DNA of 52,813 nucleotides. Origin: a virus. Positions 35,551-42,840 of the stretch are shown here, piece after piece. Below the pieces are notes generated by a model. That model ran no database searches. It saw nothing but the letters and a program-made list of their open reading frames with translations, and was not told the DNA's origin. Each line of letters begins with the position of its first letter. Position 1 is the first letter of the stretch. The DNA is taken from the IMG/VR virus record IMGVR_UViG_3300025291_000002; one strand, 5' to 3'. The position numbers and the translations under genes are program-made.

Positions 35551-36249
35551 TCAGATCCTCGTGATGATGCGGTCGTGGATCGCGTCGATCTCCGTGATCG
35601 CTACGCGGATGCGGCTGGCTTCGACTGGCGTCAGCGCCGGGAGCATCTTTTCCAGATCGAAAGACCGGATTGCCTTTGCGTAATCCTCGAACTCAGCCAC
35701 GAAATGCATGGAGCGGTTGAATTCCCCGGGGTCGCGGCCTTTGAGATCGACGACTGGCTTTGGAGCGGCCTTGGTGCCCTGCTCTGCCAACTTCGTCACC
35801 GTTGGCGGGTTGTTGCTTTCGACCTGGCGCTCGAATTCTTGCTCCGGAACATTAGCCACGCGGATTGCTGTCTTGATCTGTCGATCCGACATCCCGGCTC
35901 CTGCCCCAGCTTCTTTTCGAGAAACCAAAGGGCCGTTGCCGGCCGTTTGATATTCCTCGGATTTTCGATCCCCGCCTTTTTTCGGCTCGATCTGCTTGAG
36001 AAGTTCGCCGGCTCGACGAATGGCTCGATCCCTGATGCGGGTTGCCATTTTCATCAGCTCGTCGTCGTTTGCCTGCTTCGCATAGGAAGCCAAGGCGGCG
36101 GCCTTGTCGGCCCATGTCTGGCACTCGTCGATCGACACGCAATTCGACAGGGCGTTTTTCGCGGTTTCGTAGCTGGCTGGCAGCTTCGCGTTGGCGGGAT
36201 TGATGGTCGCCGGTACCGATCCGGCTGTTTCGTACCGGATCATGTTCAC
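35551..36249 (-). CDS. Hypothetical DNA-binding-like protein (ParB/DUF3102-like flavour)
   Basis: About 232 aa. GTG 36249 overlaps the cro-like stop (alternative ATG 36243). The segment MSDRQIKTAIRVANVPEQEFE looks HTH-like. Confidence 0.4.
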   Translation of the reverse strand: MNMIRYETAGSVPATINPANAKLPASYETAKNALSNCVSIDECQTWADKAAALASYAKQANDDELMKMATRIRDRAIRRAGELLKQIEPKKGGDRKSEEYQTAGNGPLVSRKEAGAGAGMSDRQIKTAIRVANVPEQEFERQVESNNPPTVTKLAEQGTKAAPKPVVDLKGRDPGEFNRSMHFVAEFEDYAKAIRSFDLEKMLPALTPVEASRIRVAITEIDAIHDRIITRI

Positions 36250-36458
36250 TCTGCGGCCTCCGAAACCTGCGCCACGTGGTCGGCGAGCATCCGGTCGATC
36301 AGCTTAAGAACTGGTCCCGACGGGTTTGCTTTGCCGTTGATCCACTTGGACACTGTGCCCTGGTCAACGCCGAGTTCATCGGCAAAGCGTGGCTGGTTGA
36401 GGCCGAGCGTCTTCATCGCGGCCTTGATGTTCTCGGAGTGGTTCAGATCGTGCGTCAT
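36246..36458 (-). CDS. cro: Cro-like XRE-family HTH regulator
   Basis: 70 aa with LGLNQPRFADELGVDQGTVSKWINGK. Divergent from the CI-like repressor. Confidence 0.75.
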   Translation of the reverse strand: MTHDLNHSENIKAAMKTLGLNQPRFADELGVDQGTVSKWINGKANPSGPVLKLIDRMLADHVAQVSEAAE

Positions 36459-36462
36459 GCAT

Positions 36463-36493
36463 ATTAAATGCCTTACGCATTCTTTCGTGTCAA
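36463..36493 (-). promoter_or_regulatory. Candidate cro-side early promoter (-35 TTGACA, -10 TTTAAT or CATTTA)
   Basis: TTGACA on the minus strand at 36493..36488. An AT-rich -10 lies 17-19 nt downstream and ends about 5 nt before ATG 36458, which implies a leaderless mRNA. Confidence 0.45.
36467..36481. promoter_or_regulatory. Operator candidate O1: AATGC-CTTAC-GCATT
   Basis: Perfect 5+5 inverted repeat with a 5-nt spacer in the cI/cro intergenic region. Confidence 0.6.
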
Positions 36494-36506
36494 TGCCTCT
36501 TGCATT
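36492..36506. promoter_or_regulatory. Operator candidate O2: AATGC-CTCTT-GCATT
   Basis: Second perfect copy, 25 bp (centre to centre) from O1. It overlaps the cro-side -35. Confidence 0.6.
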
Positions 36507-36523
36507 TTTGTTTTCGGTAGAAC

Positions 36524-37249
36524 GTGCATATGGCAGATGATGTTGAAATCGGGCAGCGCCTGAAAGCTGCGAGGAAGAAGGCTGGCTTCAAAACAGCTAA
36601 GGCGGCGGCCGAGTCTCTTGGCGTGCCCTACCCCACGTATTCGCAGCACGAGAACGGCACTCGGGGGATCACCAGGGAGGCAGATCTCTATGTGCGCCGA
36701 TACAAGATTTCGCTTGATTGGCTGATGAGAGGCAAAGGCGATGGCCCAACGGGTGCAGCCGCTGACGAGCGTGTTCCGGTTGTGGAAACCCGCACCAAAC
36801 CGAATGCCAGCTTCCCGCCTCGCTACCAGCCATTTGCCACCGACAATTTTCTGCCCCTGCTCGGGCAAACAGTAGGCGGCCCGAATGGCCGCTTCGTTCT
36901 AAACGGATCAGAAGTGGGCCGGGTCTTCATCCCGCCTATGCTCGAAGGCGTCGAGGGCGCCTATGCCGTCCGCGTTTACGGAACGAGCATGGAGCCGCGG
37001 TATTATGCAGGCGAGACTGTGTGGCTGAACCCGCACGAGCCTGTTCGTCAAGGTGACGATGTCGTCGTGCAGCTGATCACCGATGAAGAAAATGGCCGGG
37101 AGAGTTACATCAAGCGATTTGTGTCGCGATCGGCCAGCGTCACTCGCCTATGGCAGCATAATCCCGACGAGGGAGAGACGCAGGAGCTTTCCTTCGACAC
37201 TGACCAAGTGTTCTCGATCCACAAGATCGTATTTCACGCCACGGTCTGA
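36524..37249 (+). CDS. cI: CI-type repressor (XRE HTH plus S24 LexA-like autopeptidase)
   Basis: N-terminal HTH IGQRLKAARKKAGFKTAKAAAESLGVPYPTYSQHENG. C-terminal VRVYGTSMEPRYYAGETVWLNP...IKRF (Ser/Lys dyad). The start is GTG 36524 or ATG 36530, with no SD. Confidence 0.85.
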   Translation: MHMADDVEIGQRLKAARKKAGFKTAKAAAESLGVPYPTYSQHENGTRGITREADLYVRRYKISLDWLMRGKGDGPTGAAADERVPVVETRTKPNASFPPRYQPFATDNFLPLLGQTVGGPNGRFVLNGSEVGRVFIPPMLEGVEGAYAVRVYGTSMEPRYYAGETVWLNPHEPVRQGDDVVVQLITDEENGRESYIKRFVSRSASVTRLWQHNPDEGETQELSFDTDQVFSIHKIVFHATV

Positions 37250-37500
37250 AGCTGGCCATGATCGACCCAGGTCGGGCGAATGGTGAGATTGCGCAATGCC
37301 GGCGGCGTCTTCGGGCACTCGCTACACCGGATCTTCCGACAGAGCTGCATGTAATTGTGGACGCCCAGTTCGGCGGCCTTCTTCAGGTTCGAGAGATGCA
37401 GAACGCGGGAGTGACCGCAGTCGTCACAGGCGACGTATAAGCTCGAGAGTTCGACGACCAGGCGCATTGCTTCGGGGTGGTCGACTGGAGCACGCGGCAT
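37234..37500 (-). CDS. Small Cys-rich (CxxC...CxxC) protein, hypothetical
   Basis: The likely start is ATG 37500 (MPRAPVDHPEAM). It contains CDDC and CSEC pairs. Its 3' end overlaps the cI 3' end by 16 nt. Confidence 0.5.
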   Translation of the reverse strand: MPRAPVDHPEAMRLVVELSSLYVACDDCGHSRVLHLSNLKKAAELGVHNYMQLCRKIRCSECPKTPPALRNLTIRPTWVDHGQLQTVA

Positions 37501-37804
37501 TCTCTTCTCCCGTTTGTTCTCATTTCGTTCTCGGATTAAAAGCAAATCCTGATGGAAGAGTCGAATCGATTTTTCGCTTCGGCGCGCTGATTCGCGCTAA
37601 CCCGCGACAGCAACTATGAATTTTATTTTCGCGCTTCAGAGAGACCATCTACTCTCCTCAAGGTATCTGTTTTTCTGGTCTTGAACCCGAGAGAAGGGAG
37701 GGAGTGAAGCAAAGCTCCCCCTACCCCTCAAAGCCTGTAAAGACCCTGAAGAGCAGGAGGAGCGTGTGCTTCGGGCTTGAACCGTCGTTCGGTCGGTCGC
37801 TCTA

Positions 37805-37840
37805 GCAGGATGCCTTGCGGCTGATCCGTCCTGCATTTTC
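37805..37840 (+). terminator. Terminator-like hairpin GCAGGA-N18-TCCTGC followed by ATTTTC
   Basis: Read directly from the sequence. The middle arm can alternatively pair with GCAGGAC at 37851..37857. Confidence 0.35.
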
Positions 37841-37961
37841 TGGCAGCACAGCAGGACTCTCGCTCCCCGCGCCTCGGGCTTCACCAGCTCGGGAATTGCA
37901 CCCGGTCGCCCGTCGATTGCCTATGCATAAGCCCCGGCGTTGCCGACGGTCAACAAAATAA

Positions 37962-37976
37962 AATGCGTTCTGCATC
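37962..37976. promoter_or_regulatory. Operator candidate O3: AATGC-GTTCT-GCATC
   Basis: 9/10 match to the O1/O2 half-sites, just upstream of the plus-strand promoter. Confidence 0.5.
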
Positions 37977-37984
37977 TTTTATGC

Positions 37985-38013
37985 TTGACGCACAATAATG
38001 CGTAATGCATATT
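37985..38013 (+). promoter_or_regulatory. Sigma70-like early promoter of the plus-strand operon (-35 TTGACG, 17-nt spacer, -10 CATATT)
   Basis: Hexamers and spacing read directly from the sequence. It lies upstream of the first plus-strand early gene. Confidence 0.55.
37997..38011. promoter_or_regulatory. Operator candidate O4: AATGC-GTAAT-GCATA
   Basis: 9/10 match to the O1/O2 half-sites. It overlaps the spacer and -10 of the 37985 promoter. Confidence 0.5.
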
Positions 38014-38084
38014 CTCCTCAACAGCAGCCGACTGAGCCCGCTCAAAGCGAAGTCCGCGAAACGGTCTGCTGGACCCAAACGAGG

Positions 38085-38351
38085 ATGACGGCGATGCAGC
38101 ACATTCGATCAATCGAAACGGAACAGTCCAAGCGGGACGCCCGCTGGAACAGCGTCAAGACGCTCGACGACTGCAACGCCTACATGGCGATCGAAGCCCA
38201 GCGGATGGGTGCTCTCGCCGGTCCGTTCATCGAAGCAAATGCCTGGAAAGGCCCGACGTGGGTCCGTGGGGCGATCTCTGCCCGTCGCGGTCACTACGAC
38301 TACGCCAGATCCATCATGGGCATCACCAACGAGGATCAGTTCTATGCGTGA
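38085..38351 (+). CDS. Hypothetical protein (first gene of the plus-strand early operon)
   Basis: ATG 38085 or 38094 behind GAGGA. The ORF-track start at 37998 would lie within the promoter. Confidence 0.6.
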   Translation: MTAMQHIRSIETEQSKRDARWNSVKTLDDCNAYMAIEAQRMGALAGPFIEANAWKGPTWVRGAISARRGHYDYARSIMGITNEDQFYA

Positions 38352-39003
38352 GCCGCAAGCTTCCGACGTGAACCTGCAGCTCGCCATCCGGGCGCATGCA
38401 GGTACCAGCCACAGCCCCGAGCGCCGGGGTGAAAGCGAAGTCGCCGATTACGTGGCGCACATGACCAACTTCAACGCCAAGCTCGTTTCTGTCGCTGACA
38501 CAGATGAGCGCATGGCCGAAGCGGTCGCGCAGTCTGAGCGCTACCGGGAAAACTACCTCAAGCGCCTCTCTGAGGTCTGGTCTTCTCGCAGCCGAATGAT
38601 GTCGACGATGATCACCGGCCCAGCGAACTTCCCTGTTCGTCGTCAGGAGAAAATCTGGAACTCCTACGAGAAGAAGGCCAAGGAGCTTTATGACTGGCAG
38701 GACCGAGCCTTGGCTGCTTCCATCAAGGCAGTGAAGGCCGTCGGCTATGTCGCCCCTCCCAAACCAGAAGGCGCGAAGACCGGTAAGGAAGAGTTCGCCA
38801 TCGGCGATGTCCTCATAGTCGCCAATCACGACATTGAGCGCCTGCAGATCATTTTCGACGGCAAGCCCTCTGCCGAGATCATTTCCGCCCTGAAAGGCGC
38901 AGCCTGGAACTGGTCGCCGAAGAACGGCGCATGGCAGCGGAAAATCACGAACAACGCGATCTACTCGGCCAAGCAGATTGCCGCCAAGGCAGGTGCAGCA
39001 TGA
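38344..39003 (+). CDS. Hypothetical protein, DUF3560-like C-terminus
   Basis: ATG 38344 overlaps the upstream end (ATGCGTGA). The C-terminus LKGAAWNWSPKNGAWQRK resembles DUF3560 proteins. Confidence 0.55.
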   Translation: MREPQASDVNLQLAIRAHAGTSHSPERRGESEVADYVAHMTNFNAKLVSVADTDERMAEAVAQSERYRENYLKRLSEVWSSRSRMMSTMITGPANFPVRRQEKIWNSYEKKAKELYDWQDRALAASIKAVKAVGYVAPPKPEGAKTGKEEFAIGDVLIVANHDIERLQIIFDGKPSAEIISALKGAAWNWSPKNGAWQRKITNNAIYSAKQIAAKAGAA

Positions 39004-39200
39004 GCTACGCCGACGCCCTCCGCGCTCTGAACCAAGCGGCCTATGCAGCCGCCAGAGCTTGCCAGAACGAAGAAGAAAAGCGCCGGTTGAAGCAGATGTG
39101 CTTTGAGACGGACGCGCTCGTCGATGCGTTGCCGAGCCGGCTTGATCTCGATTTCCGAGGAGAGCCGCCGGTGTTTCGAGTTGAAGGGGCGCGCATATGA
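39000..39200 (+). CDS. Hypothetical 66-aa protein
   Basis: ATGA overlap with the upstream stop (MSYADALRALNQ). Confidence 0.55.
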   Translation: MSYADALRALNQAAYAAARACQNEEEKRRLKQMCFETDALVDALPSRLDLDFRGEPPVFRVEGARI

Positions 39201-39583
39201 GCAAGCACACTCCAGGCCCTTGGAGGGCCATACCGATGGGCGGCTCGTCCACTGTCGTATCCCCCACCTTGCCGCCAAGGAACGATACTCGCTCCAAGGT
39301 AGGATATGGATACCGCGATGGCGAATACTGCGTTGGCTATCCGTTCCTTGACGACGAAGATCGGGTGCGGATGGACTATGTCTGTTTCTCCCACGATGAC
39401 GCACGGCTGATAGCCGCTGCACCTGACCTTCTGGATGCGCTGGAAAGCATCTATCTCTACGCGAACGACACTCTCTCCGGACGTACAGACGGACCTGACG
39501 ATAGGGAATGGCAACGTGCTGCGGTGATCGAGGTGAGAAACCGCGCTCGCGCCGCTCTCGCCAAGGCGGAGGGCCGGTCATGA
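39197..39583 (+). CDS. Hypothetical protein
   Basis: 128 aa (MSKHTPGPWRA...), ATGA-coupled. Confidence 0.7.
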   Translation: MSKHTPGPWRAIPMGGSSTVVSPTLPPRNDTRSKVGYGYRDGEYCVGYPFLDDEDRVRMDYVCFSHDDARLIAAAPDLLDALESIYLYANDTLSGRTDGPDDREWQRAAVIEVRNRARAALAKAEGRS

Positions 39584-39786
39584 CCGACATCCAAGCCCGC
39601 CTCGCCGACATCAACGCCCGCTGCGCCGCCGCTCAGGCCGCACGCGACCGGCAGTTTTACTCGATCATCGCCTACCACATGCTGGTGATCTTGGTCGCCG
39701 TCATCGCCTTCGTATCGATCCCGAGCTGCAGCGAAAGTTTTCGCCAGATGGAGCTCGCCAATCAGGAGAACGTCAGCCGTGGATAA
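39580..39786 (+). CDS. Small membrane protein (one TM helix)
   Basis: ATGA overlap. MTDIQARLADINARCAAAQAARDRQFYSIIAYHMLVILVAVIAFVSIP. Confidence 0.55.
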   Translation: MTDIQARLADINARCAAAQAARDRQFYSIIAYHMLVILVAVIAFVSIPSCSESFRQMELANQENVSRG

Positions 39787-40780
39787 GATCATCGACAAGG
39801 ACTCCTTCCAGTCGGTCGGATCGGTCGCGGGCGGGATCGTCGCCGGCCTTCGAGCTGAGCAGAAATGGAACGGCAAGACCATCATCCGCCGAGGCGTCTA
39901 TGCTGGCGTCCCGATCGAGGACTACCACCAGAACGTCGATCTCTTTGACGGATTCTCGATCTCCAGTTCTGGCCTTCGTGCAGCACTTCATCGCCCTTCC
40001 GAATACTGGGCATATTCGCCCTACAACCCTGACCGGTTCGAAGACGATAGCTCGTCAGCGTTGGAGTTCGGCAAAGCCGCACACATGCTGCTCCTTGGCG
40101 AGCAGGGCTTCAAGGAACGCTATTCGCTCCGGCCGGCGGCCTACCCTGACGGCAAAGGCGGCGAGAAGCCGTGGAGCGGCCAGTCCAACTGGTGCAAGGC
40201 ATGGCTTGCTGAGCAGGCCGGCGCGGGCAAGGTCGTTATCACCGATACCGAAATCGGCCATATCCGTCAGATTGCCAAGGCTCTCGAACGGAAAGAGGCA
40301 ATCCGCCTCGGCATTCTGAACGGTCGTATCGAACGAAGCCTGTTCTGCAAGGATGGCGATATTTGGCTGAAGGCTCGTCCGGACGTCGTCCCGAACGACA
40401 GCGGCGACTTCGTGGACCTGAAGACTGCTGCGTCGGTCGACGACGAAAGCATCTCCAAAGCGATCTTCAATCACGGCTACCACGTGCAAGCCGGCCTGAT
40501 GCGGATGATCGTTCGCCATGTTCTCGGAGCCGACGCTTTTTCGAGCTTCACTTTCGTCTTCGTCGAGAAGGCCCCGCCATATGACGTTCGCGTCCTGCAG
40601 TTGAAGGATGAGGATATCGACCTCGGCGAGCGTCAGGCCCGCGTGGCTATCGAACTGGTCAAGCGCTGCCTGAAGGAAAACCGCTGGCCTGGCTTCGACG
40701 GCTTTGAGCGTGAGGTTTCCTACACGGAAATGCCCAGCTGGGCCAAGACGCGGATCAAGACCGCGCTGGAGGCCGCATGA
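39779..40780 (+). CDS. PD-(D/E)XK-family exonuclease (recombination partner of RecT)
   Basis: GTG start behind AGGAGA. Contains DFVDLKTAASV ... GYHVQAGLM, typical of the PD-(D/E)XK D..(D/E)xK...Q pattern. Confidence 0.6.
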   Translation: MDKIIDKDSFQSVGSVAGGIVAGLRAEQKWNGKTIIRRGVYAGVPIEDYHQNVDLFDGFSISSSGLRAALHRPSEYWAYSPYNPDRFEDDSSSALEFGKAAHMLLLGEQGFKERYSLRPAAYPDGKGGEKPWSGQSNWCKAWLAEQAGAGKVVITDTEIGHIRQIAKALERKEAIRLGILNGRIERSLFCKDGDIWLKARPDVVPNDSGDFVDLKTAASVDDESISKAIFNHGYHVQAGLMRMIVRHVLGADAFSSFTFVFVEKAPPYDVRVLQLKDEDIDLGERQARVAIELVKRCLKENRWPGFDGFEREVSYTEMPSWAKTRIKTALEAA

Positions 40781-40986
40781 CCTCCGTGACCGTCCAGATG
40801 AGCAAAGAGGAAGCTGAGATCCTTAGCAACGGATTGTCCGATCTCCTCTGCTGGTGCGCCGGCTTTAATGCCGCTCTCAGTCCACCCGAAGACCACGACC
40901 GCCGACCGTATGGGATTAGCGCGGCTCGGGACATCAACATCAAAATCAAGAAGGCGATCGATGATGCAGAGAATCCGCGTAGTTGA
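40777..40986 (+). CDS. Hypothetical 69-aa protein
   Basis: ATGA-coupled to the exonuclease gene. Confidence 0.55.
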   Translation: MTSVTVQMSKEEAEILSNGLSDLLCWCAGFNAALSPPEDHDRRPYGISAARDINIKIKKAIDDAENPRS

Positions 40987-41653
40987 TTTCGAGACCACAG
41001 GATTTCCCGAAGACGCTGTGCGTGGCATATGCGAGGTCGGCTACACCGATCTGACTTCGGATTGGAAGGTCGGAGAGACGTTCTCATTCCTCGTCAACCC
41101 GGGGCATCCTATCCCGCCACAGACGCGCGCTATCCATCACATCTCGGATGCTGATGTTGCTAATGCCGTGCCGCCTGACGTGGCGCTTCGTACGCTTATG
41201 GTCGGCATGGAGCCCGGTGACGTCTTCGCCGCTCACAATTGCAAATTCGAACAGGCGTTCTTTGCTGGCGGCGGATTGCCGTGGATCTGCACGATGCAGT
41301 GCGCCAAGCACATCTTCCCTGATGCGCCCGGGCATTCGAACCAGACGCTGCGGTATTGGCTCAAGCTGGATGATTACTTCAAGGACACTGCTCGGGCCAT
41401 GCCACCTCACCGCGCCGGCCCTGACACGTTTGTCACCGCCCATCTGCTCGATCGCCTGCTGCTGGTCGAGGGTGTCGAAGAGCTTATCCGCCTGACCACA
41501 GCGCCAGTCCTGCTGCGAGACGTCACCTTCGGCAAGCATAGGGGCGACAAATGGGCAAACCTGCCGTGGGACTACCTGAACTGGGTTGCCCACAAATCTG
41601 ACCTCGGCGCTGACGAGAAGCATACCGCGCGCCATTACCTGGGAGCGCGATAA
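40961..41653 (+). CDS. DnaQ-like DEDDh 3'-5' exonuclease with DUF3820-like C-terminus
   Basis: VVDFETTG (Exo I), AHNCKFE (Exo II), HRAGPD (Exo III). C-terminal VTFGKHRGDKWANLPWDYLNWV. Confidence 0.8.
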   Translation: MMQRIRVVDFETTGFPEDAVRGICEVGYTDLTSDWKVGETFSFLVNPGHPIPPQTRAIHHISDADVANAVPPDVALRTLMVGMEPGDVFAAHNCKFEQAFFAGGGLPWICTMQCAKHIFPDAPGHSNQTLRYWLKLDDYFKDTARAMPPHRAGPDTFVTAHLLDRLLLVEGVEELIRLTTAPVLLRDVTFGKHRGDKWANLPWDYLNWVAHKSDLGADEKHTARHYLGAR

Positions 41654-42840
41654 TGAACCAACTCGCAGAACGCACCGAACGCCTTCCGATGGATTCGGTC
41701 GGCATGTCCACCGGCTCGACCGGCGCGAAGATCGCCCCGCAGAACCTGGCCGAGGTCGTTAAGTTCGCCGAGGTGATGTGCCGAGCCGATATCGCTCTTC
41801 CGAAGCACCTGCGCGGGAACGCCGGCGCATGCATGGCCGTATCCCTGCAGGCCCTCGACTGGCAGATGAACCCTTTTGCGGTTGCTTCCAAGTCCTATCA
41901 GGTGAACGGCATGATCGCCTACGAGGCGCAGCTCATCATTGCCGTCATTAACACGCGGTCTGGGATTGAGGGGCGGCTTGAATACCGTTTCGAGGGTGAA
42001 GGCGCTGACAAGGTATGTATCGCTTCTGGCAAGCTGGATGGAAAGGTTCTGGAAGTCCGATCGCCGAAGTTCAAGGATATAACCCCGAAGAACTCGCCCT
42101 TGTGGAAGTCCGATCCAGATCAGCAGCATTGCTACTACACTGGCCGCGCATGGGGACGCCGGCACACCCCGGAAGTTATCCTTGGGGTGTATGACCGAGA
42201 CGAGGCCGAGCAGTTCCAAGGCCCCGACAACGCCCGTGATATCACTCCGCAGCCGACCGTCATGCAGCGCTTGCGCCAGAACGCCACCCAGCAGCCCACC
42301 GGCGATCGTGAAGGCTTTGACAGTTCGTTCGTCCACTCGGAGACTGAACAGACGCTGACGGGCTTGGATGGCGAAATACTCAATGATGAAACCGAATCCG
42401 ACGCACCGCCCCCGCCGTCGGATACGTCAGACGAGCCTCCTCCGCCGTCTGACGAGGAGACCGGACCCGCCCCGGTCTCCTCCACCTCTTCCGATACTTC
42501 TGCCGCCGCTGGAGTATCGGACAGTGCCGGAGATCCTAACCCGCCGTCGGAATCGCCGGCACCTGAGACAGAGAACGGTCTGCTCATCCAGTTCGCCCGA
42601 GACGTGCTGCCGATGGCTGCCGATACCGAAACCTCTGGCGCAGCGCTGAAGGCGATCGAGAACGAATGGGCACCGCGGATCAAGGCGATGTCTCCTGAAG
42701 GACAAGCCAAGGCCAACAGCATCTCGAAGTCCATGCGGGCGATCTTCAACGGGAACACGAGCCTGGATAGCGCGCTGGATTATTACGCAGAGGCGCTCGG
42801 ATGCTCGATCTATGATTTGGGAGCCGACGCAAATGGCTGA
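41653..42840 (+). CDS. recT: RecT-family single-strand annealing recombinase with a long acidic Pro/Ser-rich C-terminal extension
   Basis: N-terminal region (VKFAEVMCRADIALPKHLRGNAGACMAVSLQALDWQMNPF) is typical of RecT. The extra C-terminal ~170 aa include the PPPPSD repeats. Confidence 0.75.
   Translation: MNQLAERTERLPMDSVGMSTGSTGAKIAPQNLAEVVKFAEVMCRADIALPKHLRGNAGACMAVSLQALDWQMNPFAVASKSYQVNGMIAYEAQLIIAVINTRSGIEGRLEYRFEGEGADKVCIASGKLDGKVLEVRSPKFKDITPKNSPLWKSDPDQQHCYYTGRAWGRRHTPEVILGVYDRDEAEQFQGPDNARDITPQPTVMQRLRQNATQQPTGDREGFDSSFVHSETEQTLTGLDGEILNDETESDAPPPPSDTSDEPPPPSDEETGPAPVSSTSSDTSAAAGVSDSAGDPNPPSESPAPETENGLLIQFARDVLPMAADTETSGAALKAIENEWAPRIKAMSPEGQAKANSISKSMRAIFNGNTSLDSALDYYAEALGCSIYDLGADANG

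Noticed and set aside
35167-36540. 457-aa plus-strand ORF
   Set aside because: It is antisense to four well-supported minus-strand early genes, including the Cro-like HTH gene, and it runs through the divergent promoter region. Its composition is non-protein-like.
37636-37884. 82-aa minus-strand ORF in the non-coding gap
   Set aside because: It has an Arg/Ser/Cys-rich sequence, no SD, and no coupling to neighbours. The region is better explained as regulatory or structured RNA.
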